A stretch of 63,728 nt of DNA, filler included, from Welwitschia mirabilis (lineage: Eukaryota), in the NCBI GenBank assembly GCA_051453625.1. It is 6 parts of one record of this genome, joined end to end, with 100 filler letters (N's around TTAATTAATTAA, not from the genome) between each part and the next. Parts side by side here need not be neighbours in the genome. Positions count along the whole stretch, not along the records: positions 1 to 15,057 come from JBOZIK010000001.1; 5 more parts are not named here. The stretch is one strand, 5' to 3'. Numbering within the stretch: the first letter of the stretch is position 1; every line of letters begins with the position of its first letter. Shown in pieces: positions 1-13,974 of this stretch. The notes under the pieces are model-generated. The model was not told the DNA's origin, made no database searches, and saw nothing but the letters and a program-made list of their open reading frames with translations. Both the position numbers and the translations under genes were made by a program.

Positions 1-879
1 TGATGCTGTTATATGTAGTTAGGGGAACTCCACTGGGAGGTCAGTTGACCATGCTTCACAGGTCCTTACTTCTCTGACTATGGTTACACTTCCTTCATCA
101 TGGATAATAAAACCATAATATAAAATGGAGGCTTCAGGATTAGTGATGTTCTTGTTATAATCAGAGGTATTACTTATTCCCTAGACTCTTAGTCTTTTCA
201 TATGATTATTTTATTTCTTAAGATTCAGGTGTCTGTTTTGAAATGACAGTTGGTTCATTTTTTACCAATTCTTTGGTCTAATCATTCATTGTTTAAAGCA
301 TTTTATTTTAGCATTATCATAACTACTATCTTATCAAATAGAATTTTTTATACATAAAGTTATGCATTTTCAAATCAAGTGATGTTATGATTTCTTTCAT
401 GGAAGTCTGCTAGGTTAAAATTTCAAATAGGTGGAGTATATTTTGTTTATGTTACCTTATGTCCATTCTTTTTGTTTTCTTTTGTTGTCTAATTAGTTAT
501 TCCAAAGTCATTGCTGTATTTTCTTATTAATTTAGGACTTTAATATTTATTGTTTTCCTTTCTCAGTTTTCAATAAAGAGTTAATTTCTTACTTGGACAA
601 ATAATTTGTGATGTTTATTTTTCAATCTTTTGGAGTTGTAGATGCTTCTCTTAATCATTTTTATGATGCAACATTTTCATTATCCACTCATTATTTATCT
701 ATTAGACTATTTCTTACATCTATATTTTTCAAATCTGACATTTCTTTACTTAGTTTTACACTTAATTTCAAAGTTATCCAACATACCCATCATTTATCTT
801 CCCACTCTCATTTTCTTTTTATGCTTTATTTACCAATATGGGCATATTGTTTCTATTAGGAGAGAATAACCCATTTTCA

Positions 880-1849
880 TGGCTTTTTTTTTTTACAAAT
901 TTTAGAGTTATTTTAGAGCTTTCATGATACATAATTTTAAAATTTTTACTCTATACAAATTATGCATTACGTGATATTTTTCTATGTGATATGTTTTATG
1001 AGTCTATTTTATAATTTCTAGATTGATTTTTTGTAAACCAAATTGGCTCGCATTTGTGGTTTTTCACTTCATTTTTATTAGGGATTAACAAAGGCTAAAT
1101 GGGAAGCTATGTTGCACTACCCATCATCATCCAGATGAAATAGGTAGGATGACACTGACATTGTAACTGACTCTGATAGCCGATCTTTGACTATTTTGTC
1201 AGTTTCTTTTATGTAAAGGAGTGTGTATTATAGTGTCTTTTGTTTGTCATTTTTTGGTTTATAACCTTATAAATAATTTTCCCTTCGAATCTCCTCTCCA
1301 TCTTTATTAGACTAAAAATCCTTGTGATAAGAGATCGAAGGACGAAAGATCCATCTCAAGAGTTGCAGAAAGACATTTCCTTGGTGGAGGGATGTGTATC
1401 CTCTATTGAGGCTTGACTATTTTGTAACCTATATGTTGTTCCTTTTAATATAAAATTCTATTTTTATTATTGCATTTTAGATTGCTAGATGTCCTTATGG
1501 TTTATGTTACCTTTGATCTGGTGATAATTTCATTAGTGATATAGATCTTAAGGGTAGCCTTTGTTAAGGCTAAAAGAAAGTAGTTTACTTTCATTTTGTA
1601 TTGCACTTATTTAGTTGCATTTTGAATTTGCATTACATCCTTTATTTTCTGCATTGTTCTTTAAGTTTATTTATCTTATTCTTTGTGAAAAATAATCCTT
1701 AGTCTTATCTCATAGTCTTTAATAAGAATATAACATTCAAGTTCACTCCTACTCATACTAGTGTGTTGTATTATGTAAGATATCTATTTTATTTATGAAT
1801 GATAGGATCTTTTTGAGTATAAATGCTTGTACAAATATGCACCACAATA
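880..1849 (+). mobile_element. Degenerate Athila-like LTR (3' or solo); 5' boundary approximate
   Basis: Contains TATAAATA (~1268) and the block gagatcgaagg...gatccatc...gaaag also seen in the LTR at 19447-20338. The end (...atactagtgtgttgtatt...aaatatgcaccacaata) resembles LTR ends at 23391-23498 and 8403. No PBS follows. Confidence 0.55.
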
Positions 1850-2271
1850 ATACTCAAATGTCAAATACATTCCATAATGTACAAGAGGAAAAAATGAGTC
1901 TAAATAAACTCATTGTTAATCTAATTTTGGATTGGAAGTGTTCAAACTTATCTCAACCAAGTAGTTTTATAAGAATATTAGTAGTTTACCCTATGATTAG
2001 ATAGTATTTATGCATAGTAACTTCATTTTGTATGAATTTCCTAATTTTGTAAACTCCAAAACAAAAGTTTTTTAATCCTATCATGATGCACTAAATAATT
2101 TGCTATGCAAATTAGTAAACTGGTTGTAAAATAAGATCTCTATTTCCTTAGTTTATTTTAAATTCAAAACTTGTCTCAGCCATTTAATTTCTCTACATGT
2201 CTTAGAAGTAGTTGTGTATTCTTACTTAACTAAATATCATGCTACAGTTTTTTGATGCTTTGATTGCCAAG

Positions 2272-2560
2272 TTATAACATGCAAAAATTAACATTTACAT
2301 TAAGGAATTAAGGCCTTATTAGTATGCTTAATTAATCATCATGATGATTTTATGTGTTTATTATTATTAATGTGATAGGAATCTAGTTTTACTAATAATC
2401 TACCTTAACATTATTATTTTGTAAGATCTCTATATAATCTAGCATATTATAATAGAATATGGAGGTGTGCTGAGCATAATTGATGGTAGTACTAGTTATA
2501 GGTGTGGTAGCACAAGTTACTATGATTAAAATGATAACATACTATTGTAGTGTGTATTTT
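2272..2560 (+). repeat. Dispersed repeat, probable LTR start of another family; second copy at ~10278-10550
   Basis: aaattaacatttacattaaggaattaaggccttattag...aatcatcatgatg aligns with aaattaacatttatatcaaggaattaatgccttgttatt...aatcatcatggta at ~10290. Confidence 0.6.
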
Positions 2561-4619
2561 TGCAATCATTACATCCTTAAGCAAATCCTATTAATCAAAA
2601 ATATTTGTATAAACACACACACTAGTTGTCATGACCTGGTTTTTAAATTAGACTTAAGAGGCCCTAAGATGCACTAATTTTTTTAATAATTAACTTATTA
2701 AATTATAACTCATCAATTTATATGATAAGATTAAACATAGTAATGGATTTATTAGGTTATTATTAAGAGACTTACCTCTTAGTTACCCATAAAATCTCCA
2801 TTAAGTAAACTATGTCATGATAGCTTACTTGACTAATACTACAACTAATATTAAGATTAAGTAGAAAATCTTGATTTGAAGCCCATAAAAAAGGTGTATA
2901 GGTTATGGTTGAGTGGTTGGTTGCACCAATAACTAAGCAACCACATCTACATAATCCTCATTTGAAAGAGTTCAAAACACACGTAGTTCTATCTTGGACC
3001 TCATTTCAATCCCTAGTAATATGCATGAGTGTAAGATAGATCAAAGTGGTCTATATTAGTGGCATGTGGCAATCCTAGGTCTAAAAGAAGGCAAAAAATA
3101 ATGAAAGAATTTAATATTCAAACCCACAGTAATAGATATCACACACAAATATATGTACATATGCATAGTAGCTATATGTAAAAGTATAGGAGGGAACCAG
3201 TTAAGAACTCTCGAGATTACAACATCCAATCCTATTTNNNNNNNNNNNNNNNNNNNNNNNNNNNNNNNNNNNNNNNNNNNNNNNNNNNNNNNNNNNNNNN
3301 NNNNNNNNNNNNNNNNNNNNNNNNNNNNNNNNNNNNNNNNNNNNNNNNNNNNNNNNNNNNNNNNNNNNNNNNNNNNNNNNNNNNNNNNNNNNNNNNNNNN
3401 NNNNNNNNNNNNNNNNNNNNNNNNNNNNNNNNNNNNNNNNNNNNNNNNNNNNNNNNNNNNNNNNNNNNNNNNNNNNNNNNNNNNNNNNNNNNNNNNNNNN
3501 NNNNNNNNNNNNNNNNNNNNNNNNNNNNNNNNNNNNNNNNNNNNNNNNNNNNNNNNNNNNNNNNNNNNNNNNNNNNNNNNNNNNNNNNNNNNNNNNNNNN
3601 NNNNNNNNNNNNNNNNNNNNNNNNNNNNNNNNNNNNNNNNNNNNNNNNNNNNNNNNNNNNNNNNNNNNNNNNNNNNNNNNNNNNNNNNNNNNNNNNNNNN
3701 NNNNNNNNNNNNNNNNNNNNNNNNNNNNNNNNNNNNNNNNNNNNNNNNNNNNNNNNNATATATATCATGAACCTCCTGATCACTTAATCCATTATCCATT
3801 AGTAATCCTTCATCACCAGGCATATGAAACCCCCTCATATCTCACTATAATGTCTTGGTGGAAGTCAATGAAAGGGAATATATTATAATTGAATGTCATT
3901 ATAGTAACTCATGCAAAAATATGATTAACAAATGCACATACATATACACACATATACACACATTATTTCGGCAGGGTACCTCTTAGCTACTTCTTTTATA
4001 ACATATCATAATAAATCTAATAATATATAAATATAAAATTCAAAAGAGAATAGCTCGTATGCCANNNNNNNNNNATAGACTTAGCTTAATAGAAGTTAAA
4101 GTGTAAAGGTTGCTAATTAAATGCCTAATTATTTCAATGAGCATCATAATATAATTAATATTATTATATTATTTTATGCATAAGATAACAAATAACAACT
4201 TGAAACATTTAACTCATATGCATGAACATGTAAAATATTATATTTAAGAATACATACCTGGAAAGCATTAGGATATATTGAAAGCAACTACAATCATTGA
4301 GAAACATGTTAAACCTACATCATTATATGCTATACTATACATACATAATTACATGGACAAATCATACACAATCTACTTTGTATAATATATCATACATTTA
4401 ACTCTTAAATAAAAGATGTTTAAGCCTAAATATGTAAACATTTTGATAGTCTAACTAGTGGTTACTCCTTCTTTTAAGAGGTTATAGTAGTCGTACTTTA
4501 AAGAAAAGGTACAAATATTAAAATGTTAATTTTGAAATATCTCTCGCCCTCCAATACATTTGAAGATAATAATTTTGTTCATCTCTCCTTTATGATATAC
4601 TTATAGTATTATGTATATG

Positions 4620-5185
4620 AGGTAACATAACATAAAGTAATATACCATTGTGCATATCCTATAATAGAATATAACATAAATTCATGCAATATAATATAAC
4701 ATAATATAAAATATGTAACATAATATAATATTATATGATATGAAATAATTATAAAATAATACAATACAATAAAATATAATGTGTTTGTGTAATATTATGC
4801 ATATACTAAAATATATAAAAATATATTTTACTGTAATATCATATAATATAACACATGTGCAATATAATATAGTATGTAATATAATATAATTATGATATAA
4901 TACAATATAATATATATATAATGCAACATAGTTATATTATATAAGTAACATTATACATAAAAGATAACATAATGAAATGTAATCTAATATAACATATCAT
5001 AATATAATACAATATTATATAATATATTATAATATAACATAATCTAATATATTATTATATTATAACATAACATAGTATAATATGTTATAATGTATGTAAT
5101 GTAATATAATATAATACATATGATTATGTAATATAATAATGTAATATAATGATATAATATTAATAAATCAAAATATAATAATAAA
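4620..5185. repeat. Degenerate (AATAT/AACAT)n low-complexity satellite
   Basis: Many imperfect aatat/aacat/aatgt pentamers in tandem. Confidence 0.85.
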
Positions 5186-8100
5186 CAATCGGTCTACATT
5201 TATGTAAACAATATCTAAAATTTAATATAAATTAATCCTATAAGTAGCTAAGAAAACATTTTATTGGAATAAATGCAATAATAATGTTACTTAAGAAACC
5301 CATGAGGAAGTCTAAAAGGAGTTTTACATTAGTTTTTTTGGCTTATATACAACTATAAAATAAAATAATTTAGAGGGTTGTCGAAGAGTAGCATACAGTG
5401 TAAAGCATATTTTAATGGTTTTAATCATAGTGTCATAGGAGAAGAAAGATTCATCATATTTTTTTTATGTTATAATGTACTTGGGTCATGATGTTTTGTG
5501 GGAATTTAATAAATATATAATTCCTTGTTTACTTGATGAATATGTTTTTGTTGAAAACCAATTAGTATAATTTTCATTAAGTATTAGTAATATCCTAAGT
5601 TATAATTCTTTTTGGTTTCATGTTTTCTTCCATACATGTTAGTAAAATTCCATATATTCACTACCTAAGATTTGGTTGAGGTACTATAAGCATTAAATTC
5701 CTTGTTGTGGATATTAGAACAATTGTTTTGTGTCAAAGTTAGCATTGAAGGCAAATGAACATTTAGAAAATATATATATTACAACTTTTTTATCAGATAT
5801 GAAAATTTTAAAATTTTCTATTATCTTCAATCATANNNNNNNNNNNNNNNNNNNNNNNNNNNNNNNNNNNNNNNNNNNNNNNNNNNNNNNNNNNNNNNNN
5901 NNNNNNNNNNNNNNNNNNNNNNNNNNNNNNNNNNNNNNNNNNNNNNNNNNNNNNNNNNNNNNNNNNNNNNNNNNNNNNNNNNNNNNNNNNNNNNNNNNNN
6001 NNNNNNNNNNNNNNNNNNNNNNNNNNNNNNNNNNNNNNNNNNNNNNNNNNNNNNNNNNNNNNNNNNNNNNNNNNNNNNNNNNNNNNNNNNNNNNNNNNNN
6101 NNNNNNNNNNNNNNNNNNNNNNNNNNNNNNNNNNNNNNNNNNNNNNNNNNNNNNNNNNNNNNNNNNNNNNNNNNNNNNNNNNNNNNNNNNNNNNNNNNNN
6201 NNNNNNNNNNNNNNNNNNNNNNNNNNNNNNNNNNNNNNNNNNNNNNNNNNNNNNNNNNNNNNNNNNNNNNNNNNNNNNNNNNNNNNNNNNNNNNNNNNNN
6301 NNNNNNNNNNNNNNNNNNNNNNNNNNNNNNNNNNNNNNNNNNNNNNNNNNNNNNNNNNNNNNNNNNNNNNNNNNNNNNNNNNNNNNNNNNNNNNNNNNNN
6401 NNNNNNNNNNNNNNNNNTCACCAGATTTTTTATGTTGGAATTTGTTCTTTCTTGTGTTTTTCTCAACTCATCAATGGAATTTCTAAGTGGATCATCTTGG
6501 TTTTATAAGTTGAATGAGTTTGCTTGATTATTTGAGTTATTTGATTGGAAATTTATGTTTTTAAATCTCTTTTAAATGGTTGGAAGTTATGATGATTTAT
6601 TTGCAAATTTTTAAAGTTGGATCATGCACTCATCCTAGGTTGAAAATTTTTATGATTTTGAATTTGAATTTAGTTTTGGTTTTGGTTAAAGTTTTAAGAT
6701 CTTTGATTGAAGAGACATATTCTTCATAAATTATTTCTTTATATGTTGGTAGTAAAGGATATTCTTTTATCACATAATAATTATCTTCACACAAATCATA
6801 AGTTTGAGTTACAACTACACTCTTCTATGTTATCACCTTTCCATCTAAAATCATCTAATTGTATTTTTTTAAAGTTAACGTGAAATCTTGAATGGTATTT
6901 ATTGGTTTATTTTTAGTTTTTATTTCTTATTTTTCTTTCTCAACCTCCTTAATATCTTTAATGATTTGACCTATAGTTCAATTTTCTCTAGATGAGGGTT
7001 TAGGCTAAGTTTGACTCAGTTCCATTAACTCTTCCAATACTTTCTAAGCATTTTATAAAGTATGGTTTAACAAATTTCCTCCACATGAAAAATCAACTAG
7101 TTGCTTAGTTTGACTATTGAGTCCACTATAAAAGTAGTCTACCAATTCGTCTTGAGAAAAAACATCTACAGGGTTCGAATATAAAGCAATAAAAAATCTC
7201 TCATAGGTAGAGGCATAATCTTCATTATGATATTGTTAAAAGTTGGTTATTTCTTTCTTATGTTTTCTAATGGTAGTTTCACTCATGAATATCTTAATAA
7301 AAGATTCTTAAACTCGACTTCATAATTTTAAACTTTTATGAGTAATCATTCTTAACTAAAGTTTAGCTTTACCTTTTAAAGTAATGGAAAAAATGATCAT
7401 GTAAGTTCTATCACTTATTCTTTTCTTACCATTTTTTGAAGTGAGAACTAACTATTGATGTTAGCAATTTGTTATAAAAGATCTTCGTAAAGTTCACCAC
7501 TAAAAATGGGATAAGCATTTGGGTTTCTAAGTTTGACATCATTACCAGGAGTTAAATAAAAAGGTGTTTGGATTTCACATTTTTTATTAGCAATCATTTT
7601 TCTAAGGATGACATTGGCATTAGTTTTAAGAGGTGTAGTCGTTAGGATTCTAATGATAAGGGGTAGATTAGAAGAAGAAGTTTTCTTTTGCTTTTGTAAT
7701 GAACTAGACGTATTTAAAAATTAAAAACTATCATCAAAACAGTCTTCTGAAAAATTTTCTTTCATGAAATTAGACTCTAAAGAAATAAATATAGAAATTT
7801 CTAGAATTTTTAAAACTTGTGTACCTTATGTGTATATATCTGAGTTAATTTTAAAGTCGTTCAAATCTTCTTAGATATTTTCCTCTATGAATAACCACTC
7901 TCTCTAATATTTTTCTTTCTTGCTAGATTTTACCATATCTTAGCATGCTCAGTTTTGATGCACAGGGCGTCATCCTTGTTATCGTTTGAATCATAGTCTA
8001 GACAAAAAAAAAATAGAAAATACAAAAAAATGAAAAATTAATAAAATATAAATGTGAAATGACAAATAAAAAAAATACAAAAAATAGACTGTCATCCTCC

Positions 8101-8381
8101 TAAGTCATCTGGATAATAGAGGGGATGATAGAAAAAAAACCCTAAAAATTTTTGAGAAAACGAAGAGCTGAAAACTCAAGGCACAGAGGCTATCGTCATT
8201 ATGTGTTATCTAGATGATGAAATAGATGAAAAAGCTTTTATTTTAGAATTTTAAAAAAATAAAATTGTGAAAAAAAATTATGCTACTATAACTAAAAATG
8301 CAAAACTATTATAGGAAAACATTCAAACTGAAATCCAAATACTTACCTTAGCAATGAAAACTCTCAGGCTTTAAGTAGCAT

Positions 8382-8399
8382 TCCCCAATAATGGTGCCA
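8382..8399 (-). promoter_or_regulatory. Primer-binding site, degenerate tRNA-Asp type (Athila-like)
   Basis: Minus strand tggcaccattattgggga versus the consensus tggcgccgttgccgggga, next to the LTR end. Confidence 0.65.
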
Positions 8400-8402
8400 A
8401 GA

Positions 8403-9490
8403 TGTTATAGTGTGTATTTGTGTAAAAGATTATGCTCAATAAGATCCTATCATTCATAAATAAAATAGATATCTTGCATAACATAATACACTATTATAGA
8501 TGGAAGTTGATCCAAATGTTATAATCTATCGAAGGCCAAGGCTAGAAGAAAGAGAATTGATTTTAGCAAGAAACACTTACGTATTATAGCAATAGAAATA
8601 AATTGTAATGTAGAAAATCATAATGCAATAAACTTATGCAAAGTTAATATAGGAAAGAAATAAATAATGCACCTAAATTGATAATGCTTAACCTTGACAA
8701 AGGTTGTCCTTATAACCTACGTCACTCAATAAACTGTCACTAAATTAGAAGAAATATAAACTATGAGGGATAAGTAACAACAAGTATAGAAAATGAAAAA
8801 GAGTTATTTGTATTAATGTTGAACTACATCCATGTTATAAAGTAGCCACACCTCAATGGAGAAATCACAAACAAACACCAAGGAATATGTCTCTCTACAA
8901 CTACTAAGGATGGATTTCTGGCCCTTGAATTTCTTGTCATGAGAATTACTGATGTAAGTAAAGATAATATAGAGTTAAAGGTGGAATCTATACTTACTGA
9001 TAACAAATACACAAACAACAAAATAGACAAACAGGCATGGACCCAATGAAACACACAAACAAATGACAAAATTTAGGTGAATGTTTAGTGAAGTATTATA
9101 ATAGATGTCATCTTTCTTGTCACCCAGATGATACAGGGGATGATTTCAACTCATAAATAATTTATGTCATTTACCGAATTGATTGTAATCAGCATCCTCA
9201 TTTGCTTCAACTATTATGTTTTTTATATAGTCATCTAGACGATGAGGTGGATGACAAGATTTTACAAGTATTTATCTAATGCATCATTCTCAATGTTTAC
9301 AGGAAGTTTGTCTAAAAAATAGGAAGTATTTTAAAGTACTCTAAATGCTCTAAAATGTTATGGAGATTGCATGTTTTGTATTTTTTATTTCAGCTCTTCA
9401 TTATCATGGAAATCTAGTGTAAACCTGTCTAAAATCCTACCAAACTACTCAAAATACTCTATCAAATATATGCAAGTTGGCAGCGCAACA
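8403..9490 (-). repeat. 5' LTR (~1.09 kb)
   Basis: Starts tgttatag at 8403 and ends cagcgcaaca at 9490; reverse complement aligns with 19447-20338. Confidence 0.75.
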
Positions 9491-10277
9491 ATAGCTATGG
9501 TAGGGCATGGATAAAATTTACTTTTCTTTATCTCTTTTACTTATTTTTTATTTTTCTTCTTTTTTTCTTTTATACTAGTTCATTTTCTAATGCTTTTTTC
9601 TTTTTATCGCCAATGAATTAGTGTTGATTATGCTTAGCAATTAATCATCAAAACCTAAATTGGTAATCTCTTTCTCTTTCTTTTTTTCTTTCTTTTATAT
9701 TTTTTCTTTTTTCTTATTTTCTTGTTTTTCTTTCAAAGATTATATATTATATCAAATTTGCATGCAAGGGCTGATCTTTTATAGGTTTGAAAGATAAACA
9801 TCAAGAAAAAGAAAATAACAAAAAAAATTCTTTATTCTATTCCTCTTCTTTCTCTACCATCTCTTCTTTTATTTCTTTTCTTTTCTATCTTAGGTGACTC
9901 TCTTAGTAGATACTTGAAGATAATTATTGAAGAAGGACTTCATCAATAATAATATTAGGGAAGTACTTTAGTACTTGTATTGTTTATTTCTACATCTTTC
10001 ATTTTTTTCATTACATTGCATTATAGTTTTATTTTTGTAATAGCCCTTTCTAGAACTTGCATTTAGTTTTTTCCTGTTAATCACCTATAATGACCTATCA
10101 TCATAGACTATTAGTAATCCTAAAATCTACACTATCATATTTTATTAAAACATTTTTATGCCCTTTTACTAATACCATTATCTTCCCTTAATAGCATCAT
10201 CATCTTGTTTAAAATATCTTCATCTTTAGTGAATCTTACATTTATATCATCTTAAAACTTTTCATGATCATATGCAT

Positions 10278-10847
10278 TGATAACACTCAGAAATTAACAT
10301 TTATATCAAGGAATTAATGCCTTGTTATTAAGTTTAATCAATCATCATGGTATTTTTATGAATTTATTTTATTTAAGGCCATGAAAATATTACTTAACTA
10401 CTAATGTGTCTAAACAGTATCATGTTGTAGGATAAGTATAACATCAGGAGCATTATGGTAGGATATGTATCCATGGTATGCATAACTGATAGCATTGCTA
10501 GTTTCAGGCATGATAACGCTAGTATCTTATATCAAAACGATACCATTCTTATGTTCTTGAGTCTTCTTAATGCAAGAAATTCATTTCCAAAGTTTTAAAA
10601 ACAAATATGAAAGAGGAATATTTTCCAAAAAGAACCCATTAATTTAGCACCATTAATAAAGAATTATTTTATCTATTTTGGGTATTATTTAGAATGACAC
10701 AAATAGGCCTTAAAAACCCTAATTAAAAACCCTAAATTAGGCCTATAAATATGCTTCCTTACTTCATTTAAAAGGGGTAACTTTATTGTGATATTTTAAA
10801 TAGATTGGAGATTTAGTAGTGATTTCTTTCTAAGCCTCCCATAAGCA
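10278..10847 (+). repeat. Partial LTR-like repeat interrupted by a SIRE LTR
   Basis: Begins tgataacac, matches 2272-2560, contains cctataaat (~10742), then switches to the SIRE LTR motif. Confidence 0.45.
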
Positions 10848-12114
10848 TAGGGAGAATCATAGATCGACCCTAGAGGGGGGTGACTAGGTCGTAAGAAGAA
10901 TATTCATCCACTTTAATAACCTACAAATAAAAATTAAATACACCAACAAAAACAAAAAATGTTTTAATGGTGGATAGGCATCACCCTTCAACCCTTAGAC
11001 CACCTTTCTCTGGCTGGCATAGATTAAACTTAAAGATTGGTTTTTAGGCTTACCATAAATCTATACAGTCACCAAAGGATTTTAGAGCTAATCCAAAACC
11101 ACAATGGAAAGTAAGAAAGAAAATTGCACAAATGCATAGATATGCTCCACAGGGACAAGCAGTACAGTATTCTCTTACAAGAGATAAGGAGAAGCTCAAA
11201 CAAAAATCTAAACTCACAGTTATTCCAGCATAGAATGATTTATGTAATAGTTTTCATGTGTCAAAAAAAAATTATCTTCATTCTAATGGAAAGGTACTGA
11301 AATAAAGAAACCACAAAATTTAACCATTGAAAGAAAAGAAGTGGACTATTATAACGGACTCCACACTTTTTGATGAACTCAAAAATATAATAGTTATATT
11401 TTTAATGTATCAGGTTGACCTCAAAATATACTAAGTCATCCTAGCATTTAGTCACCCTTNNNNNNNNNNNNNNNNNNNNNNNNNNNNNNNNTTGTTACAA
11501 TTTAAATAAGAACATTCGGTCCCCTACGATAATTCATTTGATCACTCTTGCTTGATGTAGATTTTTCAGTTTTTTATAGATGAACATTTAGTCGTCCTTA
11601 GGTAAATATGTGGTTGACCTCATTTAGGTCATCCTTATATTGATATATTAGTTAACCTCATTATGGTTGATTCTAGATAGTATGCGGTTGCCCTTAATTA
11701 ACTTATTCAATAACCCTTATTGTCAGTAGACTGAAATTTCCAAATTATAGTGTGGTCACCCTTTATAATATGAGCAGTTACCCTATTTCATTTCCATCTA
11801 TTACATATTTGAAAGTAGATCGCCTTAGACAACATACAAGGTTACCCATATTAGTACCTGTCTTCATCTGCTTAATAGTTCAGTTGCCCTGGCTTAGAAT
11901 CTCGGTCACCTAAACCTGAAGTAGTTTTTCCTTACTAAAAGTTCAGTTAATCTGATAATTTCATATAATCAACCACTTTATGTTTAGAGTACATTATATA
12001 ACTAGTTAGTCGCTTGAATTTATATAATAGTTGCCTAGTGCTGGAAAAATCTCTATATAATAACTAACTCCACAAAAACTCGTTAATTCAATCAATGATA
12101 ATAGGTTCTTAACA
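10848..12114 (-). repeat. SIRE 3' LTR (~1.27 kb; left boundary approximate)
   Basis: C-rich integrase-signal motif at ~10868-10889; repeated ggtcaccct/ggttgacct-like motifs 11410-12040; ends ttcttaaca followed by PPT aactctcccttt. Confidence 0.7.
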
Positions 12115-12429
12115 AACTCTCCCTTTGTTATTGATTAAGAAAAAACATTAATTTAACATGTGGTCTCTCCCTTAATTAAATAAATTTATGATCAAGTTAA
12201 ATTAATATGAGTTTTGCAGGAAAGAAAAAATAGTGTAGACAAGAGAGATTTTCAGTAGAAAAAACATTTTATATTAAACAAAAGAGTTGAATTACAAGTG
12301 AAGAATTACATTTTACATTGACACTTATAAGACAAAAACATTACAATGTGTTCTCCCTTTTTTTGACAAAATCAAGAATAGGGAGTACATTGATAATGAG
12401 AAAAGTAAAAGAGTCAATTAGACTCTAAT

Positions 12430-13416
12430 CCTTTAGAAGGTTGGGCACCCTTACTTTAAGAAGTATTAGCAACTAGAGTACCACTAGTAATAAGAGCATC
12501 TTTTATATGCTGAATGCAAGAGTCTAGACGACACAGAAGATGAAGGATTTCTAGAGTGTGAGAGATCTTGACCTTGGGCCTGGATGGAATAACAAGTTTC
12601 TAAAAAAAGTGCATTCTGGAAAGAGTGGCATAGTCAACGGACCCCATGGGCTTCTGAATCTCCTATTGAGCAAGATGTAGAATGTCAAAGTACCAACAAA
12701 TCTGTGTAATAAGAAAAGGATATGGTAGGAAGTGCCTCTTGTGAGGCTAAAAGCTGATTGGCCATATGCTTTAGCATAATGCCAGGAGCATCAATGTTAC
12801 ATCTTCGATCCAGGAAGTAGAGAAGGAAGACCTGGGGATTGGAGAGTTCATCTCTATACTTGATAATAGGAAGGAAATTGTAGAATAGAATTAGGTGTAA
12901 AAGACAAAACCTAAGAAGAAGCTGTGAAGCTTTGAGTGTCTTCTTTTAGATGAGAGCAGTGTCATACACATGTTGAGTGGTAATGTACTTTTGTTCAAAG
13001 GACTCAATTATGGGTTAATATTCTCCCAAGTTCTCTCGAGATAGCCCAATGAGGGAAGCTATTAGGTCAGCAGTGATGTGCAACTCATGGCCAAAAATAA
13101 AAGTAATAAAGGTGGAGTGATCAACATCAATTCTAGCATTTGAATAAAATAACTTAGTGATTAATAGATAACACATGCCTAAAACATAAAGGAAGTAATT
13201 CTAGTTTACTTTCTTAAGAAGAGTTTGGACCTCCCTCAGACTAAGAAACTAAATAGGTTCATAAGTTCTTTTTAAAGCAATGGGGCTGGACTCAAAATGA
13301 TTTTCAAAATAGCCTACTTACTCTGTACTCATTCTTAAAAAAATGTAACTAGGGGATTTGACATCAGACTCCTTTCTTCTCTTCCTGGAACTTTCTCCTG
13401 ACTACTAAGAAGTCAT
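12430..13416 (-). pseudogene. Degenerate env-like extra ORF (plant-transposon-protein-like)
   Basis: Minus-strand translation ILFYNFLPIIKYRDELSNPQVFLLYFLDRRCNIDAPGIMLKHMA...PYPFLITQIC; lies between RNase H and PPT; has stops. Confidence 0.65.
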
Positions 13417-13974
13417 TTGAAGATTAGATCTAAAGAAAAAATGCAGAAAAGATGAAGAGTGAGCCACAAGAATTGAGAAAAATGACAAGAGAGGAAAAAG
13501 ATAAGAGAAGGATTTGAGAAGGACAGGCAGATTTAAAAAATCCATGGCGCACTGCCTTAAACACAAGTGGCAATTATTAAGGTCAGTCGACCCATATAAA
13601 ATTTTTAAAAAAAGGAACTGTAAGGTAACAGTTGATCTTAAATAACAAGTGGTTAAACCTAAGAGATAAAGATTTTACAGTAAAAAATGAGACAAAGTCA
13701 GTCGACTTGATCTAACCAAGAAAAGTTCTAAATGAAGTCAACCTTAGAATAAATGGCATTTGATCCATTGATAAAAAGATTTAATAGGAAGGACTAAGGT
13801 AAATCTAATTGAGTCATATATATGGTATGATTGACCTAGAGTAAAAAACATTTACTAATAAGAAATGAAAGACATACTATTGTCCCACTTTACTTGGGAG
13901 GTCGACTAGGGTTCAATTTGATATTACAAGAAAAGTTTTAAACCCATCAACTGAAGGCTGGGTTTTCAAGTCTT

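Larger units (their letters stand above)
6418..9490 (-). mobile_element. 5' part of a decayed Ty3/Gypsy Athila-like element (5' LTR, PBS, gag remnant)
   Basis: LTR 8403-9490 with TG...CA ends; adjacent degenerate PBS; minus-strand gag remnant ~6420-7950 similar to the gag at ~41000-42210. Confidence 0.75.

Noticed and set aside
608..2677. Short hydrophobic ORFs
   Set aside because: Chance ORFs in T-rich repeat DNA with no recognisable motifs
3056..6527. Long ORFs in the track (also 16624-17287, 26529-27389, 46729-47496)
   Set aside because: Their length comes from N runs translated as X
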